Source: Octopus vulgaris (Eukaryota). Taken from it: a stretch of DNA of 64,000 bases. Every line of letters begins with the position of its first letter. Positions within the stretch are counted from its first letter, which is position 1. Below are positions 40,496 to 54,286 of the stretch, one piece after another. Where the stretch lies: contig OX597814.1 in the NCBI GenBank assembly GCA_951406725.2, positions 87,420,001-87,484,000 of the forward strand. The letters run 5' to 3'. Made by a program: the position numbers and the translations under genes. The notes under the pieces were generated by a model. That model saw only the letters and a program-made list of their open reading frames with translations. It was not told the DNA's origin and did not search any database.

Positions 40496-40578
40496 CATAC
40501 ATACACATACACACATACATACATATAAATAGATAAATAGATAGATATACATATATGTATATATATACATATATATAT

Positions 40579-40878
40579 CACGTGATCACATGACTGACCA
40601 GACATCAGATGTTGCTACACATCGCTGGTCACAATGCGTTCGCATTGTTTTAGCCTTCGAACGATGCCACCCCACTGGCTAAGCGAGCAGGCCAACAGAA
40701 GAAAGAGTGAGAGAAAGAGTGGTGAACGAGTACAGCAGGGATCACCACCCCCTGCCGGAGCCTCGTGGAGCTTTTAGGTGTTTTCGCTTAATAAAGACAC
40801 ACAACGCCCGGTCTGGGAATCGAAACCACAATCCTCCGACCACGTATCCGCTGCCTTAACCACTGGGCCATTGTGCCT

Positions 40879-40880
<2 letters not shown>
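40579..40880 (-). mobile_element. tRNA-derived SINE (family D)
   Basis: Minus strand GGAGGCACAATGGCCCAGTGG...GGTTTCGATTCCC A/B boxes; tandem (GATCAC)-like tail. Confidence 0.75.
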
Positions 40881-40914
<34 letters not shown>

Positions 40915-40921
<7 letters not shown>

Positions 40922-41075
40922 ATGGGCTTCTTTCAGATTCCGTCAACCAAATCCAGTCATAAGATTGGCCTGAGGCTATAGCAGAAGACACTTGCCCAAG
41001 ATATCACACAGTGGGACTGAACCTGGAACCATGTGGCTGGTAAGCAAGCTACTTACCACACAACCACTCCTGCAC
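40915..41075 (-). mobile_element. SINE family A head
   Basis: Reverse complement of the family A tRNA head and core. Confidence 0.75.
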
Positions 41076-41094
41076 CTACATATATATATATTTA

Positions 41095-42020
41095 TATATA
41101 TATATAAAAGCAGGATGTGTGTGTGTATGTGAATGTAATTAATGCACATCCACATATTAGTATGCTTGTCGTTTCAGTTTTAGGACGACATTGGTCATGA
41201 CCATGGTTGTGTTTTTGTCAACTTATTTCTCCGAGGCACCCGTGGATAGCAGTAAAAATCGATTTTCAACCATAACTTTTACCAATTTCCATGTCGGTGA
41301 AATCCATGTTTGCTAACATGAGTTAAGTCCCCTGTCTAGCAATGACGCAAAAGAAAAACAAAGAGTAAATTTTTAGATTAACATCCACACGATTTTCACT
41401 ACGAAAAACAAAAAAAAAATTGGAGTTTTTTGTGTGGAATCAAGTACCCTCACCTTCTAATGTGCTGCAAATCTTTTATTTTGGTTCGGAAAACAAGTGG
41501 AGTAGGGGACCCCCTCCATCCCGGAATCATTGGAAATATTTTTTCGTTGAATGAATTACTGTGATCTAATATGCTACAAAACCGTTTTGGGGTTCGAAAA
41601 ACAGGGTGAGGTGAGGTGGAAGCCTCGGAAATGTCACCCCCCCCCACCCTGACCTCCTGATATGCTGCAAATCCTGTAAATTTCACTCCCACCCCCATTG
41701 ATCTTTTTCACCCACACAATTTCCATTATTGGAAAAAATTAAAATCGGATTTTTTTTGGCATGGAATGAAGTACCCTGATCTCTTAATATGCTGCAAATC
41801 CCGTATTTTCGTTCAGAAAAAAGGGGGTGGATGAGGGCGACCCCACTTCCTGGAATCATTGGAAATTTTTTTTTTTATGCTGAATGAATACCTGTGACCT
41901 CCTAACATGTTACAAAACCCTTGTTGGTGTCCGAAAAAAGGGATGGGGTGAGGTGGAAGCCTTGGAAATTTTACTCACTTCCAACATTTTACAGAAATAA
42001 ATTTTCCAGAGTGTGAATTA
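41095..42020 (+). mobile_element. Helitron-like non-autonomous element with ~325-bp-period internal duplication
   Basis: TATATATAAAAGCAGGATGTGTGTG start; ~41431-41632 is repeated at ~41758-41970. Confidence 0.45.
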
Positions 42021-42026
42021 CATCTT

Positions 42027-42533
42027 TCATGGCATGCGTGGGAAGACCCGGCAGGACAAGTGAGAACATAACCCGTGGCCTCTACCTGGGACGTAGCCAG
42101 CCCACTTATGCATACCTTTCCTTCTTGTGACACAAGCCCTACTTGTGAAGACCTGTTGAGGCAAGTGAAAATCAAAATCGAAATCATTCAACATCAATGG
42201 AAATTGTAGCTGTGATACCAGTGCCAGTGGCACGTAACAGAGCCATCCAATTGTGGCCGTTGCCAGCCTCATCTGGCCCCCGTGCCGGTGGCACGTAAAA
42301 AGCACCATCCGATCGTGGCCGTTTGCCAGCCTCGTCTGGCACCTGTGCAGGTGGCACATAAAAGACACCCACTACACTCTCTGAGTGGTTGGCGTTAGGA
42401 AGGGCATCCAGCTGTAGAAACACTGCCAGATCAGACTGGGCCTGGCGCAGCCTTCTGGCTTCCCAGACCCCAGTTGAACTGTCCAACCCATGCTAGCATG
42501 GAAAACGGACGTTAAACGATGATGATGATGATG
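42027..42533 (+). mobile_element. RTE 3'-UTR-derived element
   Basis: GGCACGTAAAAGCACC tandem units, GGCGTTAGGAAGGGCATCCAGCTGTAG, GGACGTTAAACGATGATG tail. Confidence 0.75.
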
Positions 42534-42569
42534 ATATATATAATAGAGAATATGACATTTATATTGTGT

Positions 42570-42651
<82 letters not shown>

Positions 42652-42962
42652 TTATATATAATACCGTGCATGCATATTTACATACATAATTTCAAGAGAG
42701 TTAGAGGTTGTGAATCCAACCAGCTAAGAGATAATATCTATATCCAATATACTGCTGGTAGAAAACCCTAATACACAAGTGTTTTTTCATTGCATGGCAA
42801 TTACACTACTGAATGTAATAAATGGGTGAGAGTAAGAAGTTTTTTCACCCTTAATTTATACAGCAATAAGAAAATGGAGGGGATCAAGAGGTGGTGTGCC
42901 AACAGAGAGCTTATGAAGTATTTTGCCTGGATTGATAACCTCTCACTAATAGCTCTGTTATG

Positions 42963-43022
<60 letters not shown>

Positions 43023-43224
43023 TAACAAAATGGAGGGGATCAAGAGGTGGTATTCATCAACTTTTAGGCATTATATTATGTCTGTTTATTTATTTTTAAA
43101 AAAATACTTATAACTGTATAACAATATACATACATGTATAACATATTATGCTTTACATATATAACATATAAAAATACCAGTAATTATTAAAATATATAAC
43201 ATAGAGCATGGAAAGTAGGGTAGT

Positions 43225-43348
43225 CTCTCACAGCTGTTTCACCAAAGAGGACATAGTACCTCACTCTACTTCCATCCCTTCACTGAACTGAAGTATTTGG
43301 TAGATAAGATTAAGGTTTTTGGATGTGCCTCTGGGCTTTGTCAGAGAG
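43225..43348 (-). ncRNA. Degenerate hammerhead-like motif with long stem II
   Basis: Minus strand: CTCT-CTGACAA-A-GCCCAGAGG...CCTCTTTGGT-GAAAC-AGCT-GT-G-AGAG. Palindromic stem III ACAGCTGT; G8 and the cleavage triplet are mutated. Confidence 0.55.
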
Positions 43349-43679
43349 TTTAGAAAGTTCATAAGGTTAAGTTATAAATATAAATACATACATATATACA
43401 CACTTTTACATATACATACATATACACATATCACATGTTTATATGAATATATATATATGTTTGTGTATAATTATTATAATTATATAAAAAGAAAAATATG
43501 AACTACAGCAATAATCCTCCCTTCTCAACATATGTAATATGTATGTACCTATGGGTATGTTTATACGTAAATATATATATATATGTGTGTGTGTGTATGT
43601 GTATGTATATATATATGTATATATGTATATATATATATATATATATATGTGTGATATGTGTGTGTGTATATGTGTATTT

Positions 43680-43736
<57 letters not shown>

Positions 43737-43738
<2 letters not shown>

Positions 43739-44146
43739 AGTGGCTATGTGGTAAGTAGCTTGTCTACCAACCACATGGTTCCAGGTTCAGTCCCACTGTG
43801 TGGCACCTTGGGCAAGTGTCTTCTACTATAGCCTCAGGTAGACCAAAGCCTTGTGAGTGGGTTTGGTAGACGGAAACTGAAAGAAGCCCGTCGTATATAT
43901 GTATATATATATATATATGCGTGTGTGTGTTTATGTGTCTGTGTTTGTCCCCAAGCATTGCTTGACAACCGATGCTGGTGTGCTTATGTCCCCGTTACTT
44001 AGCAGTTCGGCAAAAGAGACCGATAGAATAAGTACTGTGCTTACAAAAGAATAAGTCCCGGGGTCGAGTTGCTCGATTAAAGGCGGTGCTCCAGCATGGC
44101 CGCAGTCAAATGACTGAAACAAGTAAAAGAGTAAAAGAGTAAAAGA
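43737..44146 (+). mobile_element. Full-length SINE family A
   Basis: Complete head, core and (AGTAAAAG)n tail. Confidence 0.9.
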
Positions 44147-44739
44147 GATATATATGTATGTATGTATTCGTCATTTATATACCTTTTCATTCCTACATAA
44201 CTATAATAATCTTAAGATATATTGTTTTTTTCTAAACTCCACTATTATTTTCTCTTTTGATAATTTTCTCCTTCCTCTGTTTATACTTTACCTAATAAGA
44301 ATGATATAATACACCTAATAATAACTGATTCCTTTGTATGCATAAACATATAAATATGAATATATATGTGTGTGTTTATGTATATTTGTGTATATGTATG
44401 TATATGTAAAAGTGTGTATATATGTATGTACATATATTTATAACTTAACCTTATGAACTTTCTAAATTCTAATATATATATACTAGCAGTAATACCCACT
44501 GCTGATCGTGTATTTACTTTTACTGTTTCACAAGAGCCACATTCAAAGTATTATTATATATATAATTTACTCCTGCTGTATGACCTCTCCACTGTCTCGC
44601 TGGCCCAATCTTTTCTCCACTTGATGTTGGCTTGTTGAAGAAGTGGCTTCCTGCTTCCTGCTCTGCCATAGTAGCCAAGTTTGTGGCGGTACCTAACAGC
44701 CATTCTGGGACTGACATTAACTTGTTCTTTTATGTCAGA

Positions 44740-45104
44740 GGCCTTGCAACACTTCTCTTAACAAAGAGAAGGGTCCTGTCAGAAAGGCCTGGTTAATCTG
44801 GATGAGGTGATGTGGACTCCTTCCCCTCTCTGGAGAATTGCACAATCACTCAATTAACTGCAAAAAGTGGGATCCCTAGGTTTTCTATGATTTTAAGCCG
44901 ATTGTGTCCACCTTCAGAATGACTCACGATACGGCCTCTTTGAAATTCAGACAGTTCCAAGGCTTCTTTTGTACATGGCATGATTAAACAGTTACATATA
45001 GAACCTAAAACCTAAAAATGTCATTTAATAAAAAATATAAACCTTTATAAATTAAAATAAACATAAAATGATATTTTATGGAGCATCTATTTACTTCTGT
45101 CATG

Positions 45105-45112
<8 letters not shown>
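44740..45112 (-). pseudogene. Tc1-like transposon 5' relic
   Basis: TA|CACAGACATGACAGAAGT terminus and [14 protein letters not shown] start on the minus strand. Confidence 0.5.
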
Positions 45113-45136
<24 letters not shown>

Positions 45137-45464
45137 CACTTTGGGTATGGTAGATGAGTTCACCAAAAATTTAGATTCAGATGAATATGGTACTTCAGTT
45201 GAGGCATCAGAATTTAGAACAGTATTATCCATACAATTTTAAAGTAAGGTGATTAAAATCAGAATAAGCAACAAGGACATATATATATATATATATAAGT
45301 AAATAAATAAATACTCATACTACACAAATTACTGCACATTAACCTGGAGTTTCTACCTTTGAATAGGTCGCTACATCCTTGTTACTTGTGTAAATTTTGC
45401 TACCCTGGTAACTGTTTATTGAATTTTCCATGTTAACGGTAAACAAAGGATAATTCATTCATCC

Positions 45465-45529
<65 letters not shown>

Positions 45530-46005
45530 TATGGTAATTGCAAACATGGCTGTAATTGGAGTTTAATCACACTGCATGGACACTGTCAACTGGTGGGCCA
45601 ATCAACACATTATGGGTGAAATTGTTGGATGAAAGCTAAAAAGACACATTGTGCATATATGTATGTGTATGTGTTTGTGTAAGTGAGAATGTGTTTCCTC
45701 TTGTCTTTACATGTGAATGTAAACAAAAGCGTCCCTGTTCATCAAGTCGGTGTCATTTGCAGTCCTCTGTGTAAACATATTCACATTTCTTGGCAGTATT
45801 TATAAACAAAAGGTTTGTTCAGATAGAGTTGATTATTTTCGATTCTCTGTGTAACCATGACCTAGCTATTTGTTATTTGAAATAACAAATAATGAGAAAC
45901 CATTGAGTTGAGCATTGGGATGGGCTTCTGGCAATAGGAAACTCTCTCTAAATGGTATTAAAATTATGTTGATGAATGTGTGGTGTGTGTGTGTGTGTGT
46001 GTGTA

Positions 46006-48510
46006 TACACATGGGTTGGGCAAAATAATGGAAACAGCTTGTTAAATAGAAGTTTTATTAGTTAATACAAAGTTGATCCACTTTTGGCATCAATCGCAGC
46101 TTTAATATATTGAGGAACTGACTAGTACAGGTTCTGAATACCTGTTAATGGAATTTTGGGCCATTTTTCAATAGTGGAAGGATGTAGATCCTCACTCACT
46201 GCTAAAAAATGCACAACTGTTCATTTATATTGAGATCCAGTGACTGTGGGATTCAATCTAAGTTGTCGTTTTCACTTTTCTGCTCTTTGTACCAATTGTG
46301 AATGACATTAGCCAAATGTCATCAGAGAAGATGACATTGCTCCTTTGAACCACTCACCACTTCTGTTAGTCTAGACCAGTGCTCCAGAAACAGTATGCTG
46401 CAGCACACTTGTGTGGTATGAGACAATGCTAAATGTGCTGCAGTATAACCTGAATATAATTTTTTTCCCTATACTTTTAATTATATTTTTAGTTCATGTG
46501 TGCCACCAAATTTTGAAAAGAATATAAATGTACCGCAAGTGAAAAAAGGTTGTGGAGTACAAGTCCAGACAGCACTTTTTTTTTCACTTAGCAGTGTTTA
46601 TGGGGGACAGGAAAGGCTTAGCAATTTCAGTCCTCATATGGTATTCAGTTTTATGGAGGTCATAACAAATAGTTTAGTTTCCATTACCATAGTTTCCATT
46701 GCTTCTCAAACGTGGCAGGCACTTCCTTTTACACCAGCTTTCTATTTTCTTCCAGTACTGTCTCAACAATGGTGCTACTCCGGAGCAGTGGAAAACTGCC
46801 AGTGTCATTCCTCTGTTCAAAAAGGGTGACCGCACATCACCTGTCAACTATCGCCCAGTCAGTCTCACTAGCTGTATTGCAAAACTGATGGAATCGTGTG
46901 TCAGAGAAACACTCTGGAACTTCTGGAGCTCTCACAGTCTCATCCGACCCTCACAATATGGATTTGTCCCTAACTCCAGCTGCAGTGACCAGCTTGTCGA
47001 GTTCCTTGAGGACATTACTCAGATCACTGACAGTGGCTCATGGGTGGATGTTGTCTACCTTGACTTTGCTAAGGCTTTCAACTCTGTGCCACACAAAAGG
47101 CTTATGGTGAAACTCTCTGCAATGGGTGTGGGGGATGACCTTTTTAACTGGTTGAAATCCTTCATCCTCAGCCGAAAGGAGGTAGTCACAGTTCTAGGAC
47201 AGCACTCTACACCATATGAGATGTCATCGGGTGTACCACAGGGATCTGTCCTTGGTCCACTCCTGTTTGTGGCATACATTAATGACATAGATGCAAATTT
47301 AAAGAATGCCACAGTATTGAAATATGCAGACGACATCAAGCTGTACCTTGAAATCAAGAGGACTGATCCTGATGTCTACAACTCTTTCCTGCAATCAGAC
47401 CTAGACACAATGCAGCAATGGATCACAGACTGGCAACTGAAACTGGCTGTGGACAAGTGTACCACCATGCATTTTGGGAGAAAAAACCCTGCGTCCACAT
47501 ACTCCCTCCACAACACTGATATCAAGAAATCCTCTTGCGAGCGTGACCTAGGCATCACTGTCAGCAGTGATTTGCGTTGGACAAAGCATATCTCTAAAAT
47601 TGTCAAGAAGGCCGAGGGTGTCTTGGCATCACTCAGCAAGACTTTTGTTAGCCGCTCTCCAGCCATCTATTTAAAACTGTATACAGCTATGGTACGACCA
47701 CACTTGGAATTCGCATCATCAGTTTGGAATCCCTATCTTGCTCAGAACATTGACCTCCTGGAATCTGTCCAGAGACGTGCAACCAAACGCATACCCTCCA
47801 TCAGACACCTACCATATTCTGAGCGCCTTGTTTCCCTGAGCATGGATTCACTGAAGCTCCGGCGTCTGGCGACGGACTTAGTAAACACCCACAAGGTTAT
47901 CAACCACCTCACCAACAACAACACTGAACACCTTTTTGATCTCCATGTGTCTAACACACGTGGACATGCCTACAAAGTCAGAAAACAGCACAGCTCCCAT
48001 GACTTTCGGAAACATTTTTTCACGCTCAGGGTTGCTGAAGCGTAGAATAAACTGCCTGCGTCAGTTGTTGACTGCCATGACACTGCATCCTTTAAGGCCC
48101 TCATGCTTTCCGAAATCCGCCGAAACTACACCTGATTATATATACACTTTAGATGAGTTGTAGTGCACCTGAGCACTGTACACAATTATTATTATTATTA
48201 TTATTATTATTATTGTTATAATTTTAGCAAGGTGGTTGTTTAGCTCTGCTGCCATTTTTGTTGCTGTTCAATGATTGTAGACACAATACATCTCACCGTT
48301 CTTCAATCCCTCTTAGTGAGCTTTGCTTTCCACCCAGAATTAATCACACCAGAGCTTCTTTTATCTTGGTTTTGAAATACCAACATCATTTTAGAGACTG
48401 TACCTCTCAAAACATTAAATAATTCAAAAGTTTTAGTGACTGAAACTCCAGCCATCTGTACTCCAGCTATTTGTCCTCTATGGAAATCAGATAAGTCACG
48501 TATTTTAACT
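46006..48510 (-). pseudogene. Tc1-like relic interrupted by the CR1 LINE
   Basis: PQSLDLNI motif at ~46230-46250; DLSDFHRGQIAG at ~48465-48500; TACACATGGGTTGGGCAAAATAATGGAAACA terminus. Confidence 0.5.
46690..48213 (+). mobile_element. CR1-clade LINE, 5'-truncated, RT frame largely intact
   Basis: WKTASVIPLFKKG, NYRPVSLTS, YLDFAKAF, SGVPQGSVLGPLLF, YADD, ERDLG, TRGH..K; premature TAG at the conserved W of W-N-x-L-P; (ATT)n tail. Confidence 0.92.
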
Positions 48511-50021
48511 TATCTTTATGTCTTATCTATTACTTGCTTCAGTCAGAGGTTTACTTGAACAAGTTGACATCAAACTGTTTTAAGTCTGATACTTATTATA
48601 TATATATCTTTTATTTGCAGAGACATTAACAAATCAATACTGGTTGCCAGGTAGTGTATACATACACACACAATATACAATAGGTTTCTTTCAATTTCCA
48701 TGTACCAAATCCACTCACAATGCTTTGGTTAACCTGGGGTTATAGTAGATGATATTTATCCAAGGTGCCAGGCAAAATCCCAAAAATCATGTGGTTGGAA
48801 AGTAAACTTCTTACTACACAGCTGTGCCCATGCTTAAATTTATTTAAATTATTTAAATATAAATAGTTACCTTAAAAGTAAAACAGAGCTTTATATCATG
48901 AAGTACAAAGCATTTATAATGCATATGGACACATATATACACACTAGAACTGTTCTAAATTTATCATATTGTCAATAGAAAAAATAATTAAATAAAAAGT
49001 GGTGTTACCTTTATATTATCCCACCCCTGTATGAAGCACTTGTATGTCTCTCATCTTACACCTCTCCATGCTGGTATTTCCATCAGCTGCACCCACCCTG
49101 TTCATCACTCACTACATTCACCGGCATCCCATCTATTACTCCCACCTCACACACTTTGAAAGCAGCCACTTCCTCTTCCCCTCCCATATCCACTGTCCAT
49201 AACCTCTTTTATGTCACCTTCTTATATCATGAGAGTTTTCTCTGGCACTCCATCTTTACCTTCCATTTTATCTCAACTATTCACAGTCACTTTTATATAG
49301 TGGGTAGCATTGTATTTGTATAGCAAGATACCTATGCTTGTCTAACTTAATTTAGCCTTTCCACATCCAACATAAAGCCATCTTCTTTCAAATACTCCCC
49401 ATTCAGTAGTGTGAGTTTTCTCCCTGATCTTTTTCTGTTTTGAAAGTTACTTAGCAATCTAATTTGTGCCAACAACATGAAAAAAAGCACTCAATAGACT
49501 CTATAAAGTAGTCAGCAATTAGGAAGGGCATCCAGCCACATGAACTATGCCAAGTTGATGTTGGAATATGATGCAACTCACTGGATTTTTTAAAATTCAA
49601 AATTAATTATATCAAAAAAATTTTTTAAAAAAAGAATGTTTTTTTTAAATATCAATATATCAAGGGTTTTTTGTAAAATCTTTTTTAAATATATTCAAAT
49701 GTGTATATAAACATATTTATGTATGTATGTATGTGTGCATACGCATCATCATTTAACGTCTCTATTTTCCATGCTGGCATGGGTTAGACAGTTTGACTGG
49801 GGCTGATAAACTAGAAAGCTGCAGCAGGGTCCAGTCATCTATTTTGGCTTGATTTCTGCAGCTGGATGCCCTTCCTAACACCAACCATTCTACAGAGTGT
49901 ACTGGGTATCTTTCATGTGTCACCGGCACTGGTCATGATCATGGTTTCACTTAAATTGACGTATCTTCTCAAGTGCACCAAATTGCCAGAAGTCTTGCTC
50001 ACTTATACATATATCTTGTAC

Positions 50022-50052
<31 letters not shown>

Positions 50053-50478
50053 AAGGTCGTTGTTGACTTACAACCACAGTTGGTTCTGAATGATTGGTCG
50101 TAAGTCAGCCTGTAGGCCTACATAGCTTTGTTTTATATTTTTACATTCTTAACATACACTCTCAGATAAAAGTCACAGACAACATTCTGTGTTATACTAT
50201 TATACTGGCGTTAGTCAAAAATTTCAGAGCAGCAAGCAGTTGTTTTATTAACTAATACGAGGTTGCCTCGATGTCTCTGTGACAGGATAGTTGTCCAACA
50301 CAGTGGCTGTTGATAACAAAACCTAGGGGAAGCATTTGTTAGCCTACATCATCTGTAGACGAGTTAAATTCTAAGGAATTAAACCCATTAGATTTCAATC
50401 GGACTATTTATTATTGCTGCCAGGAGCTGGTGTGCCAGTCGTTGTAAAGTTGATTGGTCATAAGTTGACAACGACCTG
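50053..50478. mobile_element. Tigger/pogo-like MITE
   Basis: Imperfect TIRs AGGTCGTTGTTGACTTACAACCA and TGGTCATAAGTTGACAACGACCT. Confidence 0.7.
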
Positions 50479-50495
50479 AATATATATATTCCTCA

Positions 50496-50539
<44 letters not shown>

Positions 50540-50544
50540 GTATA

Positions 50545-51424
50545 TATAATATAATATAATAAATGTGAAAACTAATTTTTGTATCAGTGTGTCACACTTA
50601 GACCCCCTCTCTCACTATTCAATGACACTCCTACTATTCCTCATGATGGGGTGAGAGTAATTGTAGGCATAGAGACAGTGAGGGCAGTGGCAAAGACAGA
50701 CGGAGAGAGAGAAAGAAAAAGAGAGGGAGAGAAAGAGGGACAGAGAAATTTAGGGAGAGTTGATGTTTTATTAAAAGTAGCAGTATTGATGGTGGCAGTG
50801 GGAATAATAATAAAAGAAAGAGAAAGAGTGGGTATGTGAGAGAAAGAGGAACTGAACACTAAACTAACATGCTAAACTAACACACTGAACAAACACACAC
50901 ATTTAGCCATTTTGTGATGGTAATGAGGTGGTAGTAATAGTATGAGCTGTAGTTGTGATAGAGGTGGAGGTGGTAGTGATAATGATGATGATGGTGGTTG
51001 TCAGGGATGATGGTGAGAGCAAGTGGTGTGAAAGACAGTGGTGATGATGGTGGAGGGGAAGGTGGCAAAGTAAAAGATAGTGGTGGTGGTGGCATCAGAA
51101 GTCTGAACAGTGTGTGTATGGCAGTTGTGATGGCGATGGTGAGGGTTGAAAATGATTAACAAAAAGAGAGAGGGAAAAAAAAAGAGGTTAGACAGAAAAA
51201 AAATTGTATATGACACCCGAATGGGAAGACAGAAAAATATCTTTCATGCAATAAGTTCCAAGTCAACAAATTATATCATTGTTTTGGTGAAATTTATTCA
51301 ATGCTTGAAAAATATTTAATATGTACTCAATGCATGAAGTGTCATTGTTGGGCCCAAGGCATAATGAAGAGCCCTCAACAGGAGCTAGCTTAAAAGCCAC
51401 CCGATAGGGCAGCGTTTAAGCTAG
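50545..51424 (+). mobile_element. Non-autonomous Helitron
   Basis: 3' hairpin GCCACCC-GATA-GGGCAGC (51396-51413) followed by CTAG|T (51421-51425); AT-rich ATAATAAATGTGAAA 5' region, start approximate. Confidence 0.6.
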
Positions 51425-51465
<41 letters not shown>

Positions 51466-51468
<3 letters not shown>

Positions 51469-51964
51469 ACTTATAAACAAGGGCAAAAGAAAAAAATTCC
51501 AATGCCAAATATGCCGAAAATAGACTTAATCGTCAATAACCATATAATTTATCTCTATAAGCACGCGTCTCGAAAGCAAGCTGACAGAAATTTCTAAAAA
51601 ATTTCGTTATTATCGAATCGGCCCCAATTTCTGAGTTAATTCATTTAGAATTTTCTCGTCATCAGCGATAAATACGATAAGAAAATAAATGAGATACTTA
51701 CTTGTACCCATGGAAGAAGTAAACACTAAGTCATGAGTACACTCAAGTACCCCAATTATATCCAAAATGGAAATTCTACAGCATACCTCGAGACACGTGT
51801 GATCGGACTGAAAATTCTCATAGAGTGAGAGAATCCGGAAGTGAATAGTATTAGATTTACATCTCATATAGGATAAAATTTTCGAAAAAATTTTTTCAAT
51901 GGCCAGCATATTAAAAAACAATACCTTTAAAGGTTAAATTTATTAACAACTTATAAACAAGGGC
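51466..51964 (-). mobile_element. ~480-bp unit bounded by 19-bp direct repeats, containing a degenerate hammerhead-like motif
   Basis: ACAACTTATAAACAAGGGC at 51466-51484 and 51946-51964. Minus strand: CTGATGA-C-GAGAAAATTCTAAA...TTTAGAAATTTCT...TTC-GAGAC-GC-GT. Confidence 0.5.
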
Positions 51965-52425
51965 ATATATGTATGTATGTATCTATGTATGTATGTATGT
52001 GTGTATATATATATATATATATGTATATAAATATAAGTATGCATGTGTGTGTGTATATATATATATATACACACAAGCATACATATATTTACTGATAGAG
52101 ATGATGACAATGGTGATGATGATGATAACAATTATAATGACGACAATGATGTTGTTAGTTCGTTAGTTCATTAGTTCATTATAGAAATAAAACAAGGGAG
52201 GATGTGGAAAAAAACAACCAAAACATAACAATCTATCCAAATTTACCCAGTAGTATTATTGTACATTGTACAATAAATGCTTACATAATGAAATCACATT
52301 ATTACTAAGTAACACATCAGGAAAAATCATTATATTGGATTAGAATTAAAAGCACTGACTTCTTCCTCTGAGTTCTTTGTTCTAAGTAGCCTGATCTTGT
52401 TCTTATGAATTTGTCAATTTCAAGA

Positions 52426-52459
<34 letters not shown>

Positions 52460-52481
52460 TTTATATTTTACACAAACATTA

Positions 52482-52516
<35 letters not shown>

Positions 52517-52665
52517 TGTTTTAAGAATTTTGCTTCTCATGCACATGCTTTCTGGGGTCAGTCTCACTGCATGGCAAGTGTCTTCTTTTCTAGCCCCAGG
52601 CCAGCCACAGCCTTGTGAGTCGATATGGTAAACAGAAACTGAAAGAAACCCACCATAAATATATA

Positions 52666-54233
52666 CGAGGTGGTATCAAAACGTTCCCAGACTAGTTCTG
52701 TAGCATACCAACAGATGACAGCACATGGTTGCATGTGCAGTGAGAGCTAGCAGTGGCCTTCATGAGGCAGTGTGCAAGTGACATCACTGTGTTTACTTCG
52801 CAAGTTGTGAAATTTGTGTTTTTGTGATAACGCATATGCTGTTGTCTGTGATTTTGTCATGGACAGGAAGGTGGAACAAAGAGCCAACGTGAAATTTGAC
52901 ACTAAACTTGGGAAGTCTGCTACAGAGAGTTGAGCATACTTCAGCAAGATTATGGCAACGAGGCAAGGGTTCATACACAATATTTTGAGTGGCATGTGTG
53001 CTTCAAAAGCAGAAGATAATGAGCGATCTAAAAGAGCATCACCCCAAGAAATGTGGACAAAATTCATCAGCTTGTGCATGAAGATTGTAGGAGGACAATC
53101 AACAACATTGCTAATGTTGGTCTGTTGTATGGATCTGTGCAGGTAATCCTAAAGTCTGAATTGAACATGCAGTGTGTCTCTGCCAAGTTTTTCCCTCATC
53201 TACTGACCACTGAACAGAAAGAACGTTGCATTTGTAGGATTTGGAGTTATCTATCTCTGTGTGATATCTGCACTTGTAGGGTGCTCACACATTTCCCTAC
53301 AATGTTGTAGAAAGGAATAAAATGGCAGGAACACGAATAGCTGAACAAATAACAATAATAGTTTATTATTTCACAGAAGGAGATACTTCATCGCTGGTCA
53401 TAGGTAGCATGAACGCCAGGGTTAGGAAAGCAGCAGAGTCAGATTAAATCACCATGGTTAAACAGTCTTCACCGCCCATGGAGTCTGATTCGCCCTTTGA
53501 GTCTGGTTTGCCCTTTGAGTCTGGTTCGCCCCTTCACTCGAAGCCTTGTCAAGACACGTCATAATTCCTTGACCGCCAAGAGCCAAGAGCCTTAGAATAG
53601 CGAGAAAGGCTAACCGCTCCTGATTACTGTGCATGCACATCAGGGGACTTCCGGCAGCCTACTAGAAAACACCAAACATTGCACAGGCACTGATGGACAT
53701 CCCAAAATGGTATCTAAAACATGGCGTCACTATACATTAAAGTCTGTCAAGATCGCCATCAGGGCACCACTGATGACCCATCCTTCATGTTTAGGATCAT
53801 CACCAGTGATGAGAATTTAGTCTATGCATATTACTCAGAGACAAAGCAGCCGTCATCACAATGGAAGAGCCCTTCATCTCTACAACCAAAGATGGCAAAA
53901 CAGAGCCACTCAAAAGCATGCTCATCATTTTTATCAACATCCATAATATTGTGCATTGAGAATTCGTCCCCCAGGGGCAGACTGTCAATCAAGAGTTCTA
54001 CTGTGATGTTTTGAAGCATTTGAGTGAGGACACTTGGTGAAAGTGGCTGGATTGGTGAAGCACAAAGAATTGGATTCATCATGGCAACATTACACCCTGT
54101 CACCAAGCTCTCCTAACTTGTGAGTTTCTCACCAAAAATAACATGGTATCACTTCCACACCCACCTTATTCACCAGATTTAGCACTTGTGGACTTCCATC
54201 TCTTCCTCAAGAGAACTTTTTGATACCACCTCA
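52666..54233 (+). pseudogene. Mariner transposon relic
   Basis: TIRs TA|CGAGGTGGTATCAAAA and TTTTGATACCACCTCA|TA; EQRANVKF, IITSDE, EFVPQGQTVN and HPPYSPDLA motifs; frameshifted. Confidence 0.9.
53233..53734. mobile_element. Probable solo LTR inserted in the mariner
   Basis: TGTAG...CTATA termini, 4-bp TSD CATT (53229-32 and 53735-38); the mariner frame resumes across it; 3x 18-bp internal tandem. Confidence 0.65.
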
Positions 54234-54248
54234 TATCTCTCTCTCTTG

Positions 54249-54286
<38 letters not shown>

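Noticed and set aside
45335-45380. GAAACTCCAGGT on the minus strand as a hammerhead 3' half
   Set aside because: The CTGANGA box is not recognisable; at best a very decayed copy.
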